Source: Microcoleus sp. (GTDB lineage Bacteria; Cyanobacteriota; Cyanobacteriia; Cyanobacteriales; Microcoleaceae). Taken from it: a DNA stretch of 64,000 bases. The notes below the pieces were generated by a model. It ran no database searches. It saw only the letters and a program-made list of their open reading frames with translations, and was not told the DNA's origin. The position numbers and the translations under genes are program-made. Positions 40,531 to 51,372 of the stretch are shown in pieces. Numbering within the stretch: position 1 is the stretch's first letter; every line of letters starts with the position of its first letter. The DNA is taken from positions 5,632,001 to 5,696,000 of the forward strand of contig CP181291.1 of assembly GCA_052279835.1 (NCBI GenBank). Direction: 5' to 3'.

Positions 40531-40810
40531 GGCACTGCCGTGTCGTGGTCTAAATTAATTTGAAAGCAGTAGGCGGGTAAGTTATAATTGTCTACTGGAC
40601 TCTGAATGTTAAAAATCAAACGCTTTAACATAGAGTTGAAATTAAGAGCAATGGCAAGCGCCTGTGTGCGGTTGCACCGGGCAAAAGTTGGCAAAAACTG
40701 ACTTTCGTAAAAGATTTTGCAAAAAGTTAACTCCTTTTTTACCAAAATCTCTAATATCTGCCTGCACAAACGAAAAACATGAAGGAGAGAAATCCTAGGA
40801 AATTATTCGC

Positions 40811-41896
40811 ATGGTCAATCTCAAAACCACTGTCAAAGATATCGGCTTTACTCACGAGGATTTTGCGGCCCTACTTGATAAATATGACTATCACTTTAGC
40901 CCTGGCGATGTAGTAGCGGGTACAGTTTTTAGTATAGAACCGAGGGGTGCTCTGATTGATATCGGTGCTAAAACAGCAGCGTACATTCCGATTCAGGAAA
41001 TGTCGATCAATCGAGTCGAAAGCCCTGAAGAGGTATTGCAATCAAACGAAACCAGAGAATTTTTCATCCTCACCGATGAAAATGAAGACGGGCAATTAAC
41101 CCTGTCTATCCGACGCATTGAGTATATGCGGGCCTGGGAAAGAGTTCGACAACTGCAAGCAGAAGATGCCACAGTGCGATCGCAAGTTTTTGCCACTAAC
41201 CGTGGTGGTGCACTGGTGAGAATAGAAGGGTTGCGAGGCTTCATTCCCGGTTCTCACATCAGCACCCGCAAACCAAAAGAAGAATTAGTTGCTGAAGAAT
41301 TGCCATTAAAATTCTTAGAGGTAGACGAAGACCGTAACCGCTTAGTCTTAAGCCACCGTCGCGCCTTAGTGGAACGCAAGATGAACCGCCTCGAAGTTGG
41401 AGAAGTGGTCATCGGTACTGTGCGTGGTATCAAGCCCTACGGTGCTTTTATCGACATCGGCGGAGTCAGTGGCTTGTTGCACATCTCCGAAATTTCGCAC
41501 GATCACATCGATACGCCTCATAGCGTGTTTAATGTCAACGACGAAGTGAAAGTGATGATTATTGACTTGGATGCTGAGAGAGGTCGGATTTCTCTCTCCA
41601 CCAAGCAATTGGAACCGGAACCAGGAGCGATGGTCAAAAATCGTGAATTGGTATACGAAAAAGCTGAAGAAATGGCAGCTAAGTTCCGTGAAAAAATGCT
41701 AGCTCAAAAACAAGCTAAAGCTAGTATGGAAATTCCTGTAGATGCGATCGATTCTGATGAACTCTCCGATGAAATACTCGAAGACATCCCATCAGCAATG
41801 GAAGAAGATTTGCCGGAAGAAATACCCGCAGCAGTAACGGAAGTAACACCGGAAGCCACATTAGAGGTAGAAACACCTCCGGCGACTGTAGAATAA
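40811..41896 (+). CDS. rpsA: 30S ribosomal protein S1 (cyanobacterial Rps1A)
   Basis: GFTHEDFAALLDKYDYHF, three S1 domains, GAFIDIGGVSGLLHISEISH. Confidence 0.96.
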   Translation: MVNLKTTVKDIGFTHEDFAALLDKYDYHFSPGDVVAGTVFSIEPRGALIDIGAKTAAYIPIQEMSINRVESPEEVLQSNETREFFILTDENEDGQLTLSIRRIEYMRAWERVRQLQAEDATVRSQVFATNRGGALVRIEGLRGFIPGSHISTRKPKEELVAEELPLKFLEVDEDRNRLVLSHRRALVERKMNRLEVGEVVIGTVRGIKPYGAFIDIGGVSGLLHISEISHDHIDTPHSVFNVNDEVKVMIIDLDAERGRISLSTKQLEPEPGAMVKNRELVYEKAEEMAAKFREKMLAQKQAKASMEIPVDAIDSDELSDEILEDIPSAMEEDLPEEIPAAVTEVTPEATLEVETPPATVE

Positions 41897-41913
41897 ATCC
41901 CAGTCACTGTTAT

Positions 41914-41944
41914 AAAAAAAGAGGGGAATCCCCTCTTTTTTTTT
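41914..41944 (+). terminator. Rho-independent terminator after rps1
   Basis: AAAAAAAGAGGGGAATCCCCTCTTTTTTTT. Confidence 0.8.
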
Positions 41945-41949
41945 AGTTA

Positions 41950-42050
41950 TATCGTTTCCGGTTAGATCGGAATGATTTAACCGCAGAGAACACAGAGGAC
42001 ACAGAGGGAGAGAGTAGATCTGAATAATTCAGATGCTACCGGATTTGATA
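41950..42050. repeat. Short inverted-repeat (MITE-like) element; single arms also near 6630-6658, 18865-18892, 47023 and 49698
   Basis: ATATCGTTTCCGGTTAGATCGGAATGATT ... AATTCAGATGCTACCGGATTTGATAT. Confidence 0.55.
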
Positions 42051-42204
42051 TTATATTTAACCAAGTTTGAATATATCGATCGCTCTTGTTGTTAGGAAAG
42101 CGATGGATTGATGAAAGCACGCCTAACCAAAGTCGATCGGAAAATTGGAATTCTGGTAGGATTGTTAACTTCAAACTACCAACTGAGATACCAAATAACT
42201 AAGA

Positions 42205-42277
42205 TGCCAGGAACGAGACTTGAACTCGTGACACGTGGATTTTCAGTCCACTGCTCTACCAACTGAGCTATCCCGGC
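42205..42277 (-). tRNA. trnF: tRNA-Phe(GAA)
   Basis: Reverse complement GCCGGGATAGCTCAGTTGGTAGAGCAGTGGACTGAAAATCCACGTGTCACGAGTTCAAGTCTCGTTCCTGGCA folds as a cloverleaf with anticodon GAA; CCA not encoded. Confidence 0.97.
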
Positions 42278-42408
42278 TTGTTTTTTCACGCTTAACTATC
42301 GTAACAGAGAGATCGGGAATTAGCAAGTAGTTTGCTAAAAAAAATTTCGATCGCGCGGGAACCCCTCCCCTGTAAGCTAAAAGCTGCAACTTAACACCCA
42401 AAATCGGA

Positions 42409-45096
42409 ATGACACGGCAACATCGGGGCAATGAAGACTACAGTCTGCTAGTCCTCGGCATAATTTGGCTGGTGGGGGCGATTAGCGATCGCCTCTGGTT
42501 CACCTTCGATCGCTCTGTCCCCGCCTGGGATCAAGCAGAATACCTCACCAGCACCCTGAATTACTTGCAGGTACTCCAACATCCCCAATGGTTATCGGGA
42601 GAATGGTGGACCAACTTCTGGCTACTTTCCACCAAAATTCCACCCTTAATTTTTATTGCCACAGTGCCGTTTTTGCGTATATTTGGGACTCGGCCCGATG
42701 AAGCAACCTTAGTTTTTTTATTATTTAGTGCCATTCTCCTGGTTTCAGTTTACTGTCTGAGCCTCCAATTATTTAATCGGCAAGTCGGTTTGTGGGCCGC
42801 TGCAATTTGTGTAGTTTTACCGGGGCTCTATCGGTTCCGCTTGCAATTTTTACTCGACTATCCTGTCACTGCGGCGATTACTTTGACTTTCTTTTGTCTG
42901 ACAATGTGGAAGGCTTCTGAAGCAAGCGCGCCCTTCGATGTCGATCGGGGTACCTTGAGGGAAGACATCACCCATAACACGGATGTTGATGCAAATAGGC
43001 GGATTAATTCTCGCAAACAGGCACAAGTTTGGTCTCTTTCTCTATCGTCTTACTTTTGGGCGATCGCAAGCGGCATTTCTCTCGGTTTATCCATCCTCGC
43101 CAAACACACCACCGTATTATTTCTATTTACCCCCATTGTCTGGTTAGCTGTCGCTACTTTCCGAAAAAAAGCTTGGGGAAGATTAGCTCAATTAGGCGGT
43201 GCTTTATTACTATCAGTGGCAGTATTTGGACCTTGGGCAAAAACGAATTGGCTGTTAATTTTGACCGGGGGAAAACGGGCAACTTTCGATTCGGCGATCG
43301 CCGAAGGAGACCCACCGCTCAATACAATCAATGCTTGGATTTACTACGGTCAACACTTACCCGAACAGGTTTCTTGGCCGCTGTTACTCATTCCCTTAGT
43401 CGGATTGCTACTTTATTATTGGCGACATCGAGGGCATCTGGGGTCAAGTTTTCAGCTTGATTCCTGTGGGTGGCTGGCTATTTTTTGGGTAGGATCTTAT
43501 CTGATTAATTCGGTCAACATTAATAAAGACGGTCGCTATGTTGTGCCATATTTACCAGTTTTATCAATTTTCTTAGCATACTTTTTGACTATGTGGCCCC
43601 AAAGATGGGGAAGGCAAATTCGCTGGGGTACAATGGGCTTAGCAATACTGGCGATGTTGTTTCATATGTGGCCGCTGGGAGGTGCTATGGGACATAATTT
43701 AGTCGAATTGGTTAGTCCTGGCAATTCGAGTTATCCTTACTTTGGCAAAGAGTGGCCGCACCGGGAGGTAATTGCAGAAATTAGGGAGACGGAACCTTAT
43801 TTACAATCGACTTTAGGTGTCTTACCTTCCACACCGGAAATTAATCAGCATAATTTGAATTATTATGGTGCTTTGGCTAATTTTCAGATTTACGGGCGAC
43901 AGGTGGGGACAAGTTTAAAAGAAGTGCCGCAAGATGTACGATCGCTTTCTTGGTTTGTCACTAAAACGGGAGACCAAGGTTCGATTCGCGAACGGATTAA
44001 AATTGCTCAAAATGCAGCGGTGGCTGCTATCGAAAAAGGCGATAAATTTCAGTTGCAAAAAACTTGGTTTTTGCCGGATTTTACTAATTTGAATCTTTAT
44101 CGGAAGCGATGGCGGGCTGTGGAAATCCAGCCTTTGAATGAAGCGCGATCGCAAGTACAATTAGAGCAAGTTACTGTTCCAGCCAGAGCAGTTCCCGGTG
44201 TTCCGATTCCAGTAACATATATTTGGTCTGGGCCTTGGCGACAGTTGCAGTCGGGTTTAGTCTTGGTAACATGGAAAAATCGCGGAGGTAGCGAAATCCA
44301 ACAGCCTGGACAAACTTCTGAGATTTTACACGATCGCGCGATCGCCCAAGGGACTTTGCATCCGGGGATGCTGGAGGCTGATAAATTTGCTGTGGGATTT
44401 CGAGTTGTCGATCGCACCGCCATGCTTCCTCCTGCTAATATTGCACCAGGAAGTTACAATCTAGAAGCTACTTATCTGAATCGGAACACCGGAGAAACTT
44501 ATCCGATGAATGTGGGGACAGTTACTGTTAGGATTGAGCCAGAGCCGGCGAACCAGAAGCAAAACCAGAAGCCGAAGAACCAGAAGCCTGGGAATGAGGA
44601 TAATCTCGAAAAGGTTGAGTTGGATTTGGTGACTCAATTGAGGACAATGGCTGCTAATTTACCGAAAGGATTGCCCGGTTTAGAACCAGTGTTTGAGCAG
44701 ATTGGACGCATCAATCAGTACGATCCAACTCAAGATTATACCATACAAGCGGAACAAGCCTTTGAATATCGATTGCAACAACAACCCAATAATCTAGAAT
44801 TGGCCTATGGGTTGGCATTGTCTAGGGCATTACAACAGAATGTCAATGGTGCGATCGCAGCTTTAGAAAAAGTCACTCAAATCGACTCAAAAAACCCCTA
44901 CGCCTATGCTTATCTAGCTTTTGTCAACCTTTATGGTTGGCATCCCAAAGCTGCGGAAACTGCCTTAAAACCCGCCCTCGTTCTCAACCCGAATCTACCG
45001 GAAATTAGAGTATTGAATGGTGTCGCCACACTCTTACAAGGCAATCTGATCCAAGCATGGCAAGATCTACAATACGTGAAAAAACTCAAAATTTAA
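42409..45096 (+). CDS. Lipid-carrier-dependent glycosyltransferase (GT39/ArnT-like) with C-terminal TPR
   Basis: Multi-TM N-terminus with PAWDQAEY, KIPPL, FLLDYP, NKDGRYVVP; TPR-like helices at the C-terminus. Confidence 0.8.
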   Translation: MTRQHRGNEDYSLLVLGIIWLVGAISDRLWFTFDRSVPAWDQAEYLTSTLNYLQVLQHPQWLSGEWWTNFWLLSTKIPPLIFIATVPFLRIFGTRPDEATLVFLLFSAILLVSVYCLSLQLFNRQVGLWAAAICVVLPGLYRFRLQFLLDYPVTAAITLTFFCLTMWKASEASAPFDVDRGTLREDITHNTDVDANRRINSRKQAQVWSLSLSSYFWAIASGISLGLSILAKHTTVLFLFTPIVWLAVATFRKKAWGRLAQLGGALLLSVAVFGPWAKTNWLLILTGGKRATFDSAIAEGDPPLNTINAWIYYGQHLPEQVSWPLLLIPLVGLLLYYWRHRGHLGSSFQLDSCGWLAIFWVGSYLINSVNINKDGRYVVPYLPVLSIFLAYFLTMWPQRWGRQIRWGTMGLAILAMLFHMWPLGGAMGHNLVELVSPGNSSYPYFGKEWPHREVIAEIRETEPYLQSTLGVLPSTPEINQHNLNYYGALANFQIYGRQVGTSLKEVPQDVRSLSWFVTKTGDQGSIRERIKIAQNAAVAAIEKGDKFQLQKTWFLPDFTNLNLYRKRWRAVEIQPLNEARSQVQLEQVTVPARAVPGVPIPVTYIWSGPWRQLQSGLVLVTWKNRGGSEIQQPGQTSEILHDRAIAQGTLHPGMLEADKFAVGFRVVDRTAMLPPANIAPGSYNLEATYLNRNTGETYPMNVGTVTVRIEPEPANQKQNQKPKNQKPGNEDNLEKVELDLVTQLRTMAANLPKGLPGLEPVFEQIGRINQYDPTQDYTIQAEQAFEYRLQQQPNNLELAYGLALSRALQQNVNGAIAALEKVTQIDSKNPYAYAYLAFVNLYGWHPKAAETALKPALVLNPNLPEIRVLNGVATLLQGNLIQAWQDLQYVKKLKI

Positions 45097-45145
45097 AAAT
45101 CATGTTTGAGTTTTTTCATCTCAGAAATCAAGGGTGCATCTGTGT

Positions 45146-45252
45146 TTTGCAAATATATTCCTAGGGGCGAAGCATGACCGCTGTAAATCTCTGGTTATTA
45201 CTAATAAATTGTCGGCGGTCATGCTTCGCCCCTACAAAATCGGGATGCTCCC
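45146..45252. repeat. REP/MITE-like palindromic element (un-nested homolog of 16493-16665)
   Basis: TAGGGGCGAAGCATGACCGC ... GCGGTCATGCTTCGCCCCTA with the same flanks in reverse orientation. Confidence 0.8.
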
Positions 45253-45314
45253 AAAATCAACTCCTGATTACGAACCAGTTGATGTGGTTTGTAATCAGGA
45301 ATTCAATCCTCCTT

Positions 45315-45938
45315 CTATTTGGCATCAGCCGGGATCAAAACCTTATCAATTACGTGAATCACGCCGTTGCTAGCTTTGATATCAGCTTTCACGACATTAG
45401 CACCATCTACTGTCACCTTGCCGCCACTAACTACTACCTTCAGGGGGGTTTTTTCAACACTGGTAACATTACCGGATTTCAGGCCAGTAGATAAAACAGC
45501 ACCAGGAACAACGTGATAAGTCAAAATCTTGGTCAGTTTAGCTTTGTTCGCGGGTTTGAGCAAATCATCCAAAGTGCCTTTTGGTAAAGCAGCGAAGGCA
45601 GCATCTGTCGGTGCGAACACAGTGAACGGGCCTTTTCCTTGTAAAGTTGAAACTAATCCTGCGGCTGTTAAAGCCTTGGTTAATGTTTTGAATTGAGCGT
45701 CGCCTGATGCAATGGCGACAATATCCTTAGCAGCCATTGTTGATGGTGAAGCCCCTGGCGCTGGGGAAGCAGCGGTTTTGACGTTTCCAGCCACTTGTTG
45801 AGTTGGAGTTGCACTAGCAACATTAGTTTTGGCGTTGATGTGCGCCCAAGCTGGGAAACCAATGAGGGCGCTAGCGCCGATTACTCCTGCAAAACCTGTC
45901 AGTTTTTTCATCAAGTTAGGTAAATTTTGATTTTTCAT
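45315..45938 (-). CDS. Fasciclin (FAS1) domain protein, secreted
   Basis: Signal-peptide-like N-terminus; [31 protein letters not shown]. Confidence 0.93.
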   Translation of the reverse strand: MKNQNLPNLMKKLTGFAGVIGASALIGFPAWAHINAKTNVASATPTQQVAGNVKTAASPAPGASPSTMAAKDIVAIASGDAQFKTLTKALTAAGLVSTLQGKGPFTVFAPTDAAFAALPKGTLDDLLKPANKAKLTKILTYHVVPGAVLSTGLKSGNVTSVEKTPLKVVVSGGKVTVDGANVVKADIKASNGVIHVIDKVLIPADAK

Positions 45939-46107
45939 TGCGCTTGCATTTCCTTATGACAATAAAACAATGGACTTGAATTCTTTTGTTAGCCTGTTGT
46001 GCACAATAGGCAATGGTTGAAAAGGCTAAACTAGAGGTAGAATCTGCTTAGATTGTCGATCGCACCAAAACTTCCTTAATATAACGCAACATTCGCAAAA
46101 AAGCGGC

Positions 46108-46920
46108 TCAAGCGCTAAATTTGTAACTCAAAATCTCAATCACCGAACCGCTCGGTGGCAAAGAATTGGATCGAATGGAAATGGTATCATTATTCAATCG
46201 ACTGACCGGCGTGCCATCCATCAGCGCCAAGAATTCATCTAGTGTGGCCAAATCGCACGCAGCAGCATCAGCAGCTTGGGTTTTGAAGTGTGTGGGAATC
46301 ACCATCTTTGGTTTGAGAAGTTGCAAAGTTTGCTTTGCTTCGGCAGGAGTATAGGCTTTCGGGCCACCACCGACGGGAATCAGCACTACATCTGGACGCC
46401 CGATCAAGATTTGTTCTTCAATGCCGATCGGAGCTGCAACTCCACCGAGATGTAGAATTTTAACACCAGCTTGCTCCCACAGCCAAGCCACATTCACCCC
46501 AAATCGCCGTCCTCCCTCGCGGTCTTTTTCCATGCGAATTCCTTGCAGTCGCAGCCCATTTGACTGATAAGACCCCGGTTCGTACAAAAGGCCGGGATTG
46601 CCAGAAAATCCGTCTATCGCCCCTTCATCGAGCAACCGACTGCTAATCAGAATCAAATCTGTAGGGACTTTAGGAGATCTATAGCCCGCCGTACAGCCCA
46701 GGGGACGAAAAGGATTCACCAGCACCCTTGCACCGCCTCCTGTAAACAAAAAGCAAGTGTGGCCTAGCCACTGAACCGACAAAGAATCAGCAGTTTGAGC
46801 CATATAGCTTTCCCATCCAGATGGCAAACCAGTTGCTAAAGCTGCCAGCAAACTTGTCTGTGCGTAACGCATTAATTGTCGCCGTTTCATCTTTTGGTGC
46901 TGCGATCGGGTGTTGGTCAT
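46108..46920 (-). CDS. Metallo-beta-lactamase-fold protein with probable Tat signal
   Basis: KRRQLM twin-arginine motif; VQWLGHTCF, ILHLGG, DVVLIPVGG, VIPTH. Confidence 0.82.
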   Translation of the reverse strand: MTNTRSQHQKMKRRQLMRYAQTSLLAALATGLPSGWESYMAQTADSLSVQWLGHTCFLFTGGGARVLVNPFRPLGCTAGYRSPKVPTDLILISSRLLDEGAIDGFSGNPGLLYEPGSYQSNGLRLQGIRMEKDREGGRRFGVNVAWLWEQAGVKILHLGGVAAPIGIEEQILIGRPDVVLIPVGGGPKAYTPAEAKQTLQLLKPKMVIPTHFKTQAADAAACDLATLDEFLALMDGTPVSRLNNDTISIRSNSLPPSGSVIEILSYKFSA

Positions 46921-47086
46921 TTGTGGTTATACCACAAATTAGGATTTTATCGCTCAATTTGTTTCGGGGGAACCCAACATCACTCAAAATTCAAAATAGA
47001 CATTTCCCATAATTGTTGTGTAATATCGTTTCCGGTCATCCCACACTAACCGAGGCGGTATAGTGTGGGGATTCCCGTCTGTTTAG

Positions 47087-47674
47087 CTAAAGTCGTTCCA
47101 AGAAATTGCGTAATAATTGTTTTCCCGAAGTTGTTAAAATACTTTCCGGGTGAAACTGTACCCCTTCAATATGCGGATATTCCCGATGTCGGACACCCAT
47201 AATAGTTCCATCCTCAACCCAAGCTGTAATTTCCAAAACCTCTGGACAACTCTGTTTTTCTATAACCAAACTGTGATAACGAGTTGCAGTCATTGGCGAT
47301 TCCACACCGCGAAACACCCCCAATCCCCGATGTTCCACCTCAGAAGTTTTGCCGTGCATTAGTATGGGTGCAGAAACTATTTTGCCACCGAATACTTGAC
47401 CGATGCTTTGGTGTCCCAGACACACGCCCAAAATTGGCATAGTCGGCCCCAATTCTTTGATTAATTCTAGAGAAATTCCCGCATCTTCCGGCCGCCCTGG
47501 ACCGGGAGAAATCACAACTGCCGCCGGTTGCAATCTGCGAATTTCTGCTAGAGAAATTTGGTCGTTGCGGTAGACTTGCACCTCTTTTGCTACTGGCAAT
47601 TCAGCACCTAGTTCTCCTAGATACTGGACCAAGTTGTATGTAAAACTGTCGTAGTTATCGATGACTATAATCAC
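47087..47674 (-). CDS. trpG: Anthranilate/aminodeoxychorismate synthase component II
   Basis: [37 protein letters not shown]. Confidence 0.93.
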   Translation of the reverse strand: MIIVIDNYDSFTYNLVQYLGELGAELPVAKEVQVYRNDQISLAEIRRLQPAAVVISPGPGRPEDAGISLELIKELGPTMPILGVCLGHQSIGQVFGGKIVSAPILMHGKTSEVEHRGLGVFRGVESPMTATRYHSLVIEKQSCPEVLEITAWVEDGTIMGVRHREYPHIEGVQFHPESILTTSGKQLLRNFLERL

Positions 47675-47695
47675 GGCTTAACTTTAATTTGAGGT

Positions 47696-48211
47696 CTAAT
47701 TGGCGATGGCTAATTGAATCACTGTCCAAAAAGGAGGTAGTAAAAGTGCCACCGCGACGATCGCCGCCGCCATTGCCGATACCAGTACCGCCCCAGCAGC
47801 GCAGTCCTTGGCAATTTTCGCCAGTTCGTGGTAAGATTGTCCTACAGTCAAGTCTACCAGGGATTCGATCGCCGTATTCAACAATTCCATTGCCAAGACT
47901 ATACCAATCGTAATGCCGATCACGGATATTTCCACAGGCTTCAGGTGTAAAAATACCCCAAGTCCGATCGCCAGAGTGCCAATTACCGTGTGGATGCGAA
48001 AATTACGCTGAGTTTCAAAAGCGTAACTCAAGCCAGCCCAAGCATATTTAAAACTAATCGCTAAGTTAGATGCTATTTTCCAGGACAGTTCTCGATTGTA
48101 TTTTAATGCTTTTTTTGACCCATTGACTGTCTGATTGGAAGAGTCTGGAGGCATGGTTAGAAGCTGTGCAATATTTGATACTTTTGACTGTTGCTCTAGT
48201 GTCATAAACAA
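47696..48211 (-). CDS. dgkA: Diacylglycerol/undecaprenol kinase family protein
   Basis: SFKYAWAG, QRNFRIH, ELLNTAIESLVD, AKIAKDCAAGAV. Start uncertain. Confidence 0.88.
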   Translation of the reverse strand: MFMTLEQQSKVSNIAQLLTMPPDSSNQTVNGSKKALKYNRELSWKIASNLAISFKYAWAGLSYAFETQRNFRIHTVIGTLAIGLGVFLHLKPVEISVIGITIGIVLAMELLNTAIESLVDLTVGQSYHELAKIAKDCAAGAVLVSAMAAAIVAVALLLPPFWTVIQLAIAN

Positions 48212-48385
48212 CCAACTTTATATGATAAAGACGAGTACGTTTGAAAGATGAAAGATTGACTTGATAACAGTCTCCATAACTTTCCTAGGTCTTTACTCTA
48301 AAATTGATGTAATTTCCGAAAGTTATGCTTGAGTTTATCTGATTGGTCAACTCATCACCAGCCTAGTCTATCCAATTTCAAATTC

Positions 48386-48922
48386 CTATAATGGTGTCTG
48401 GATCACAATATCGATTGCTTGTAGCAAAGTTTCCTGTCGATCGAGCATTTGGATTAAACTTTCTTCATCAGGGTGATCCCATCCCAAAAGGTGTAGAAAA
48501 CCGTGGGCTGCAAGCCAAGCTAGTTCAGTCTTCAGCGGATGTCCTTGCTGCTGGGCCTGTCGGTTGGCCGTATCGATGGAAATTACGATATCACCCAAGT
48601 ATAGAGGTTCAGATGACATTTCATCTAACCCAGGACACTCTACTTCTAAGGCCGCAAAAGCTAGTACATCAGTCGATCGATCCTGGTGACGGTACTGAGA
48701 ATTCAGCGATTGCATTTCCTCATCCCCTGTCAGACGCAGACTCACTTCATAGCCAGGGGCAGCAGGCACATCCTCATGCTGATTTTCCAGCCAAACACCA
48801 AACCAAGTTTCCCAAGTTTCGGCGGCAATCTCCCCGCTAGCTGCACTCTGAGGTTCCTGGGAATTATCAGCAGACTGTTGGGCTAGCCCATAACAGTCTT
48901 CCACATTCACCTCTATAATCAT
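48386..48922 (-). CDS. ybeY: rRNA maturation RNase YbeY
   Basis: LNSQYR..DRSTDVLAF, LGDIVIS, HGFLHLLGWDH. Confidence 0.95.
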   Translation of the reverse strand: MIIEVNVEDCYGLAQQSADNSQEPQSAASGEIAAETWETWFGVWLENQHEDVPAAPGYEVSLRLTGDEEMQSLNSQYRHQDRSTDVLAFAALEVECPGLDEMSSEPLYLGDIVISIDTANRQAQQQGHPLKTELAWLAAHGFLHLLGWDHPDEESLIQMLDRQETLLQAIDIVIQTPL

Positions 48923-49209
48923 TTTTGGCGTTTCCTGTCAAGCATTTTTATCAGTAATTTTTAGTAAAATCTCAGATTGTGCGATCGAGTTCAGAAACTT
49001 TTGGCTTTTAGCAGGAACGATACAATAATTTGTCGAAGATTGCAAGATTCCGAAACTGCAATTAGCTTAACTCCCCAATCGTCAAAAATCAAAATAGAAA
49101 TTAAAAAACCCGGTTTCTGGCGATCGCCCTCCAGCTACAATCAGGCAATCACCCAAATCAACCGAGTTTTGGCGTCGGGAAATTAGCAACACACTACTGA
49201 AAACCGGAT

Positions 49210-49431
49210 TTAAGAATTGAAATATCGATCGACACAAGCCAAAGCCACCAGTACGCCCAAAAGCCCAGCAGCAGTCAACGCAAAATGAAACAGAGAAGTC
49301 GCCCGCTTCCGCACCATATTCCGCATCGCCAGCTTGACATAACTCGGCGCAGGTGGAGCACCAGCAGAGGTTGGCGGGATTTCGGAGGCGGTTTCTTCAG
49401 AAGTTGTTGGGATAGAAGGAGGTTGAGTCAT
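49210..49431 (-). CDS. DUF3285-like small membrane protein
   Basis: PSYVKLAMRNMVRK...SLFHF.LT..GLLG motif; sits upstream of ybeY. Confidence 0.8.
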   Translation of the reverse strand: MTQPPSIPTTSEETASEIPPTSAGAPPAPSYVKLAMRNMVRKRATSLFHFALTAAGLLGVLVALACVDRYFNS

Positions 49432-49835
49432 AGTTTCAAATAAGTTTCAGGCTAAGTTTCAGGGAGTGGGACAGCCAGTACAGCCCCTACACGGAATGAA
49501 AGCGCCGTGCTCTGGTAGGGGCGGTGGATGGTGCGTGGGTATCCTCTGTAGAGGCGATCGAATTCAATGCAGCCTCCTAAAAAATTGGTATAACACAACC
49601 AAACACCAGAAATCAATGCAAACCCAAACCAATAAATCTAATCATTAACAGGATTTGACCTAGGGTAAAAATTTTTATTGAAATCTGAATAATGCCGATG
49701 CTACCGGATTTGATCAGAAAATCTCTCCAACCCGCCCTACCCTGCAAGTTTTGTAAAAATTAATTTGCTGGGGCGGATTTATGTGTATTATTTTTAGTCA
49801 TCAAATATTGTTGCTAAAATCCGCCATACCACATA

Positions 49836-50684
49836 ATGAAAAAAACAAAATTGGATTTTGTAGATTCTAAGACTGGAAGACACTTGCTAGATGCCATCTA
49901 TGAAAAGTTTGCCAAACCTCAACTGCATGATACTTTCAAACCCAGTAATCCTTCAATTTATGTGCGACACGACGTGGGAGAAATTATACATGATTATCTA
50001 GTAGAAAAAGTGTTTGAACATCCTGAGACAGGTTTTTATGCGGAAGCTAGAGTTCCTGTTTCTATTAATAATCCATCGGTTTTGGTGATTCGGGGTTATG
50101 GTTCATGGTATCCTTTCGAGCGCGTTTTGGAAGATACGCCAGATGTGTTTATATCACAAGTGGAACGACAGTTAAAAGGCGCGGAAATCGCGGGTGCTAT
50201 TGATTGGATTAAGCAGCAGTTTACTAGGGGAAATTCTGCGGATGTTATTGGAGAAAGTTTGGGCGGGAAAGTGGCTCAACAAATAGTAGTAAAATACCCC
50301 GATTATATTCGATCTACTGTCACTTTTAATGCTTTGGGGGTTTCGGAAAAGTTAGTTAAAACTTCTACAGCTACGAAAGTTTTTCATTACTTTACTTTAG
50401 GCGAAAGGTATGCTTTTTGGGCAAATGGAGGCGATTATATACCGGGAACAATTTTGATAGTTTCCCAGAAGGGCGAAAACTGGTGGTATAAGATAGAAGA
50501 GGCGATCGTCCGCAAGGCCACTTTTAATGGCAAGTTTCGGAAACGGCGAGTATTGATGGTATTATTGGCTCAGTTAATTTTGCTAAATAGACATAATGCG
50601 ATCGTCCTACACCGACGAAAACCAGTGGTAGTTCAGATCGATCGCACTCAATTACAAATTTTCCGAAAAAACCGCTTTACCTAA
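49836..50684 (+). CDS. Alpha/beta-hydrolase-like protein
   Basis: VLVIRG oxyanion-like segment, GESLGG nucleophile elbow, TFNALG. Confidence 0.6.
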   Translation: MKKTKLDFVDSKTGRHLLDAIYEKFAKPQLHDTFKPSNPSIYVRHDVGEIIHDYLVEKVFEHPETGFYAEARVPVSINNPSVLVIRGYGSWYPFERVLEDTPDVFISQVERQLKGAEIAGAIDWIKQQFTRGNSADVIGESLGGKVAQQIVVKYPDYIRSTVTFNALGVSEKLVKTSTATKVFHYFTLGERYAFWANGGDYIPGTILIVSQKGENWWYKIEEAIVRKATFNGKFRKRRVLMVLLAQLILLNRHNAIVLHRRKPVVVQIDRTQLQIFRKNRFT

Positions 50685-50701
50685 ACTCGCGCCAAATCGC
50701 T

Positions 50702-51178
50702 TCATACCGCCGATGGCTGATTTTCGCGGGCTGCTACGGCGAGTACCAAACAGAGTGCTGCAACTGCTTTTTCCCATTCTTGCTTAAGTTCAAGGGGTGT
50801 CACATCCTTAAATATACCAACTAAACGAGGGATCGATCGTTCTAATGCCGGTCTAGGAATCGATTTGTGCAACTCAACTAAACGAGTTAAACTTTCTTGA
50901 TTTCTCAAAAAACCGACTACCCATTTAGTAGTATGATCTGGACTGTCAGGGACTTTTTTAATGCTTAGTTCAGTTTGTAACCAGTCGTAAAAAGGTGGGA
51001 GATGTTGGGCTAAAACTGCCCCAGCAGTAGGTAAGCTTTCTTTGAGTAAATTAGTATCGAGACTTCCCAACAGTTGACTGAGCTCCGGTGAATCTAGCAA
51101 AGTGGTTAATGGAAGTGAAAGCAGGGCTTCTGAAGCTTCTGGGGATAAATTTAAACACCGAGAAAATGTTTCTAGCAT
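50702..51178 (-). CDS. Hypothetical protein
   Basis: 158-aa ORF with helical globular composition; no recognised motif. Confidence 0.6.
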   Translation of the reverse strand: MLETFSRCLNLSPEASEALLSLPLTTLLDSPELSQLLGSLDTNLLKESLPTAGAVLAQHLPPFYDWLQTELSIKKVPDSPDHTTKWVVGFLRNQESLTRLVELHKSIPRPALERSIPRLVGIFKDVTPLELKQEWEKAVAALCLVLAVAARENQPSAV

Positions 51179-51282
51179 CGGAAAGTATCTGGTAAAGATG
51201 ACACTTTCATTATCCCACTAACGCGCATCAATGAATATGAGCTAGCTCATATTAACAGAAGTTATGCACAGAATTTGTGGCC

Positions 51283-51342
51283 GGGGCGGGTTTACAAGAT
51301 TGTTGGTTTTTGACCATTCTGGTTGGTAAAACCCGCCCCTAC
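51283..51342. repeat. REP-like paired palindrome GGGGCGGGTTT...AAACCCGCCCCTAC (related copies at about 18392-18432 and 49728-49780)
   Basis: Inverted arms seen directly. Confidence 0.7.
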
Positions 51343-51372
51343 AGGTATTTACGATTATTTAAGTTGCGGATT

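Noticed and set aside
42205..42277. tRNA-Phe as an integration site for an island or prophage
   Set aside because: No integrase, and I found no duplicated tRNA 3' end; the flanking genes are core.
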